A stretch of 64,000 nucleotides of DNA from an uncultured Chloroflexia bacterium (lineage in GTDB: Bacteria; Chloroflexota; Limnocylindria; Limnocylindrales; CSP1-4): contig CAVYBU010000030.1 of NCBI GenBank assembly GCA_963766735.1, positions 128,001-192,000 of the forward strand. The letters run 5' to 3'. Of this stretch, positions 63,174-64,000 are shown piece after piece. A model generated the notes under the pieces. That model made no database searches. It saw nothing but the letters and a program-made list of their open reading frames with translations, and was not told the origin of the DNA. A program made the position numbers and the translations under genes. Position 1 is the first letter of the stretch; every line of letters begins with the position of its first letter.

Positions 63174-64000
63174 ATGACACAGCACCCCCGCGCCGGCCAG
63201 CCGGCGCTCCCATCCGACCTCGTGGACGTTCCCGCCCTCCTGCGGGCGTACGAGGAGATCGGGCCGGACCCCTCCGACCCGGCGCAGCGCGTCGCATTCG
63301 GCACATCCGGCCACCGCGGCTCGGCCCTGCGGGCTGCCTTCAACGAGGCCCATATCCTGGCCACGACCGAGGCGATCTGTCGCTATCGCGCCTCGAAGGG
63401 CTACACGGGCCCGCTGTTCATGGGCCGCGACACGCACGCGTTGTCGGAGCCTGCGTGGCGGACGGCGCTGGAGGTGCTTGTTGCGCGGGGCGTGGACGTG
63501 CGTGTGGACGCGGGGGACGGGTTCACGCCGACGCCCGCGATCTCGCACGCGATCCTCCAGGCCAACCGCGGCCGGACCGCCGGTCTCGCGGACGGCATCG
63601 TGGTCACGCCGTCCCACAACCCGCCGGAGGACGGGGGCTTCAAGTACAACCCCCCCAACGGCGGGCCGGCCGACACGGACGTCACCCGATGGATCCAGGA
63701 CGAGGCGAACCGCATCCTGGAAGCGAAGGGCGCCGACGGCCTCGATGGCATCCCCCGTACCCCCATCGCCCGAGCCCGGGAGCAGGCGACCGGGTACGAC
63801 TTCATGGGCACCTACGTCGCGGACCTGGACAACGTCGTCGACATGGAGGTGATCAGGGCCTCCGGCCTGCGGCTGGGCGCCGACCCGCTGGGCGGCGCGG
63901 CTGTCGCGTACTGGGGGGCGATCGGGGAGCGGTACGGCCTGGACCTGACCGTGACCAACGATGCCGTGGACCCGCAGTTCGGCTTCATGACCCTCGACTG
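63174..64000 (+). CDS. pgm: Phosphoglucomutase, alpha-D-glucose phosphate-specific (partial, runs off the window edge)
   Basis: Not in the ORF track. MTQHPRAGQ...VAFGTSGHRGS, GRDTHALS, TPTPAISHAI, VTPSHNPPEDGGFKYN; GAGG RBS. Confidence 0.93.
   Translation, partial: MTQHPRAGQPALPSDLVDVPALLRAYEEIGPDPSDPAQRVAFGTSGHRGSALRAAFNEAHILATTEAICRYRASKGYTGPLFMGRDTHALSEPAWRTALEVLVARGVDVRVDAGDGFTPTPAISHAILQANRGRTAGLADGIVVTPSHNPPEDGGFKYNPPNGGPADTDVTRWIQDEANRILEAKGADGLDGIPRTPIARAREQATGYDFMGTYVADLDNVVDMEVIRASGLRLGADPLGGAAVAYWGAIGERYGLDLTVTNDAVDPQFGFMTLD

Overview
High-GC (roughly 70%) bacterial chromosomal window, densely coding, with no rRNA, tRNA, CRISPR array, transposase or phage gene that I can support. 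Gene content, an AGAAC-N4-GTTCT LexA box and widespread leaderless starts suggest Chloroflexota (possibly Limnocylindria/Ellin6529-like); this is an inference. Layout: (1-15.3 kb) an anaerobic purine-catabolism locus with two PLP enzymes divergent from a Se-dependent-type xanthine dehydrogenase, ssnA and ygfK, plus LysR and a BMP-family ABC transporter. (16-25 kb) two OmpR/histidine kinase pairs, gtrA with a GT39 glycosyltransferase, and an RpoD-like sigma factor. (25-38 kb) mixed metabolic, secreted and small proteins. (38.7-42.4 kb) class II ribonucleotide reductase nrdJ with a complex control region. (42-64 kb) ccsA, NYN RNase, HAD hydrolase, adenosine deaminase, pepA, prepilin peptidase, M23 peptidase, glgC, a YbjN-like gene coupled to a giant double-HEXXH membrane protein, MFS, NUDIX, sugar ABC ATPase and partial pgm. 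Three single-base frameshifts look like read errors. The best novelty candidates are: twin 34-bp promoter-like motifs around a two-component system, one driving a hairpin RNA with a CCUCCUCC anti-SD loop; the YbjN plus tandem-gluzincin pair; the stacked LexA, phased DnaA-like and NrdR boxes at nrdJ; a 10-Cys microprotein; and the atypical PLP enzyme pair in the purine cluster. All calls were made by eye, with no database searches.
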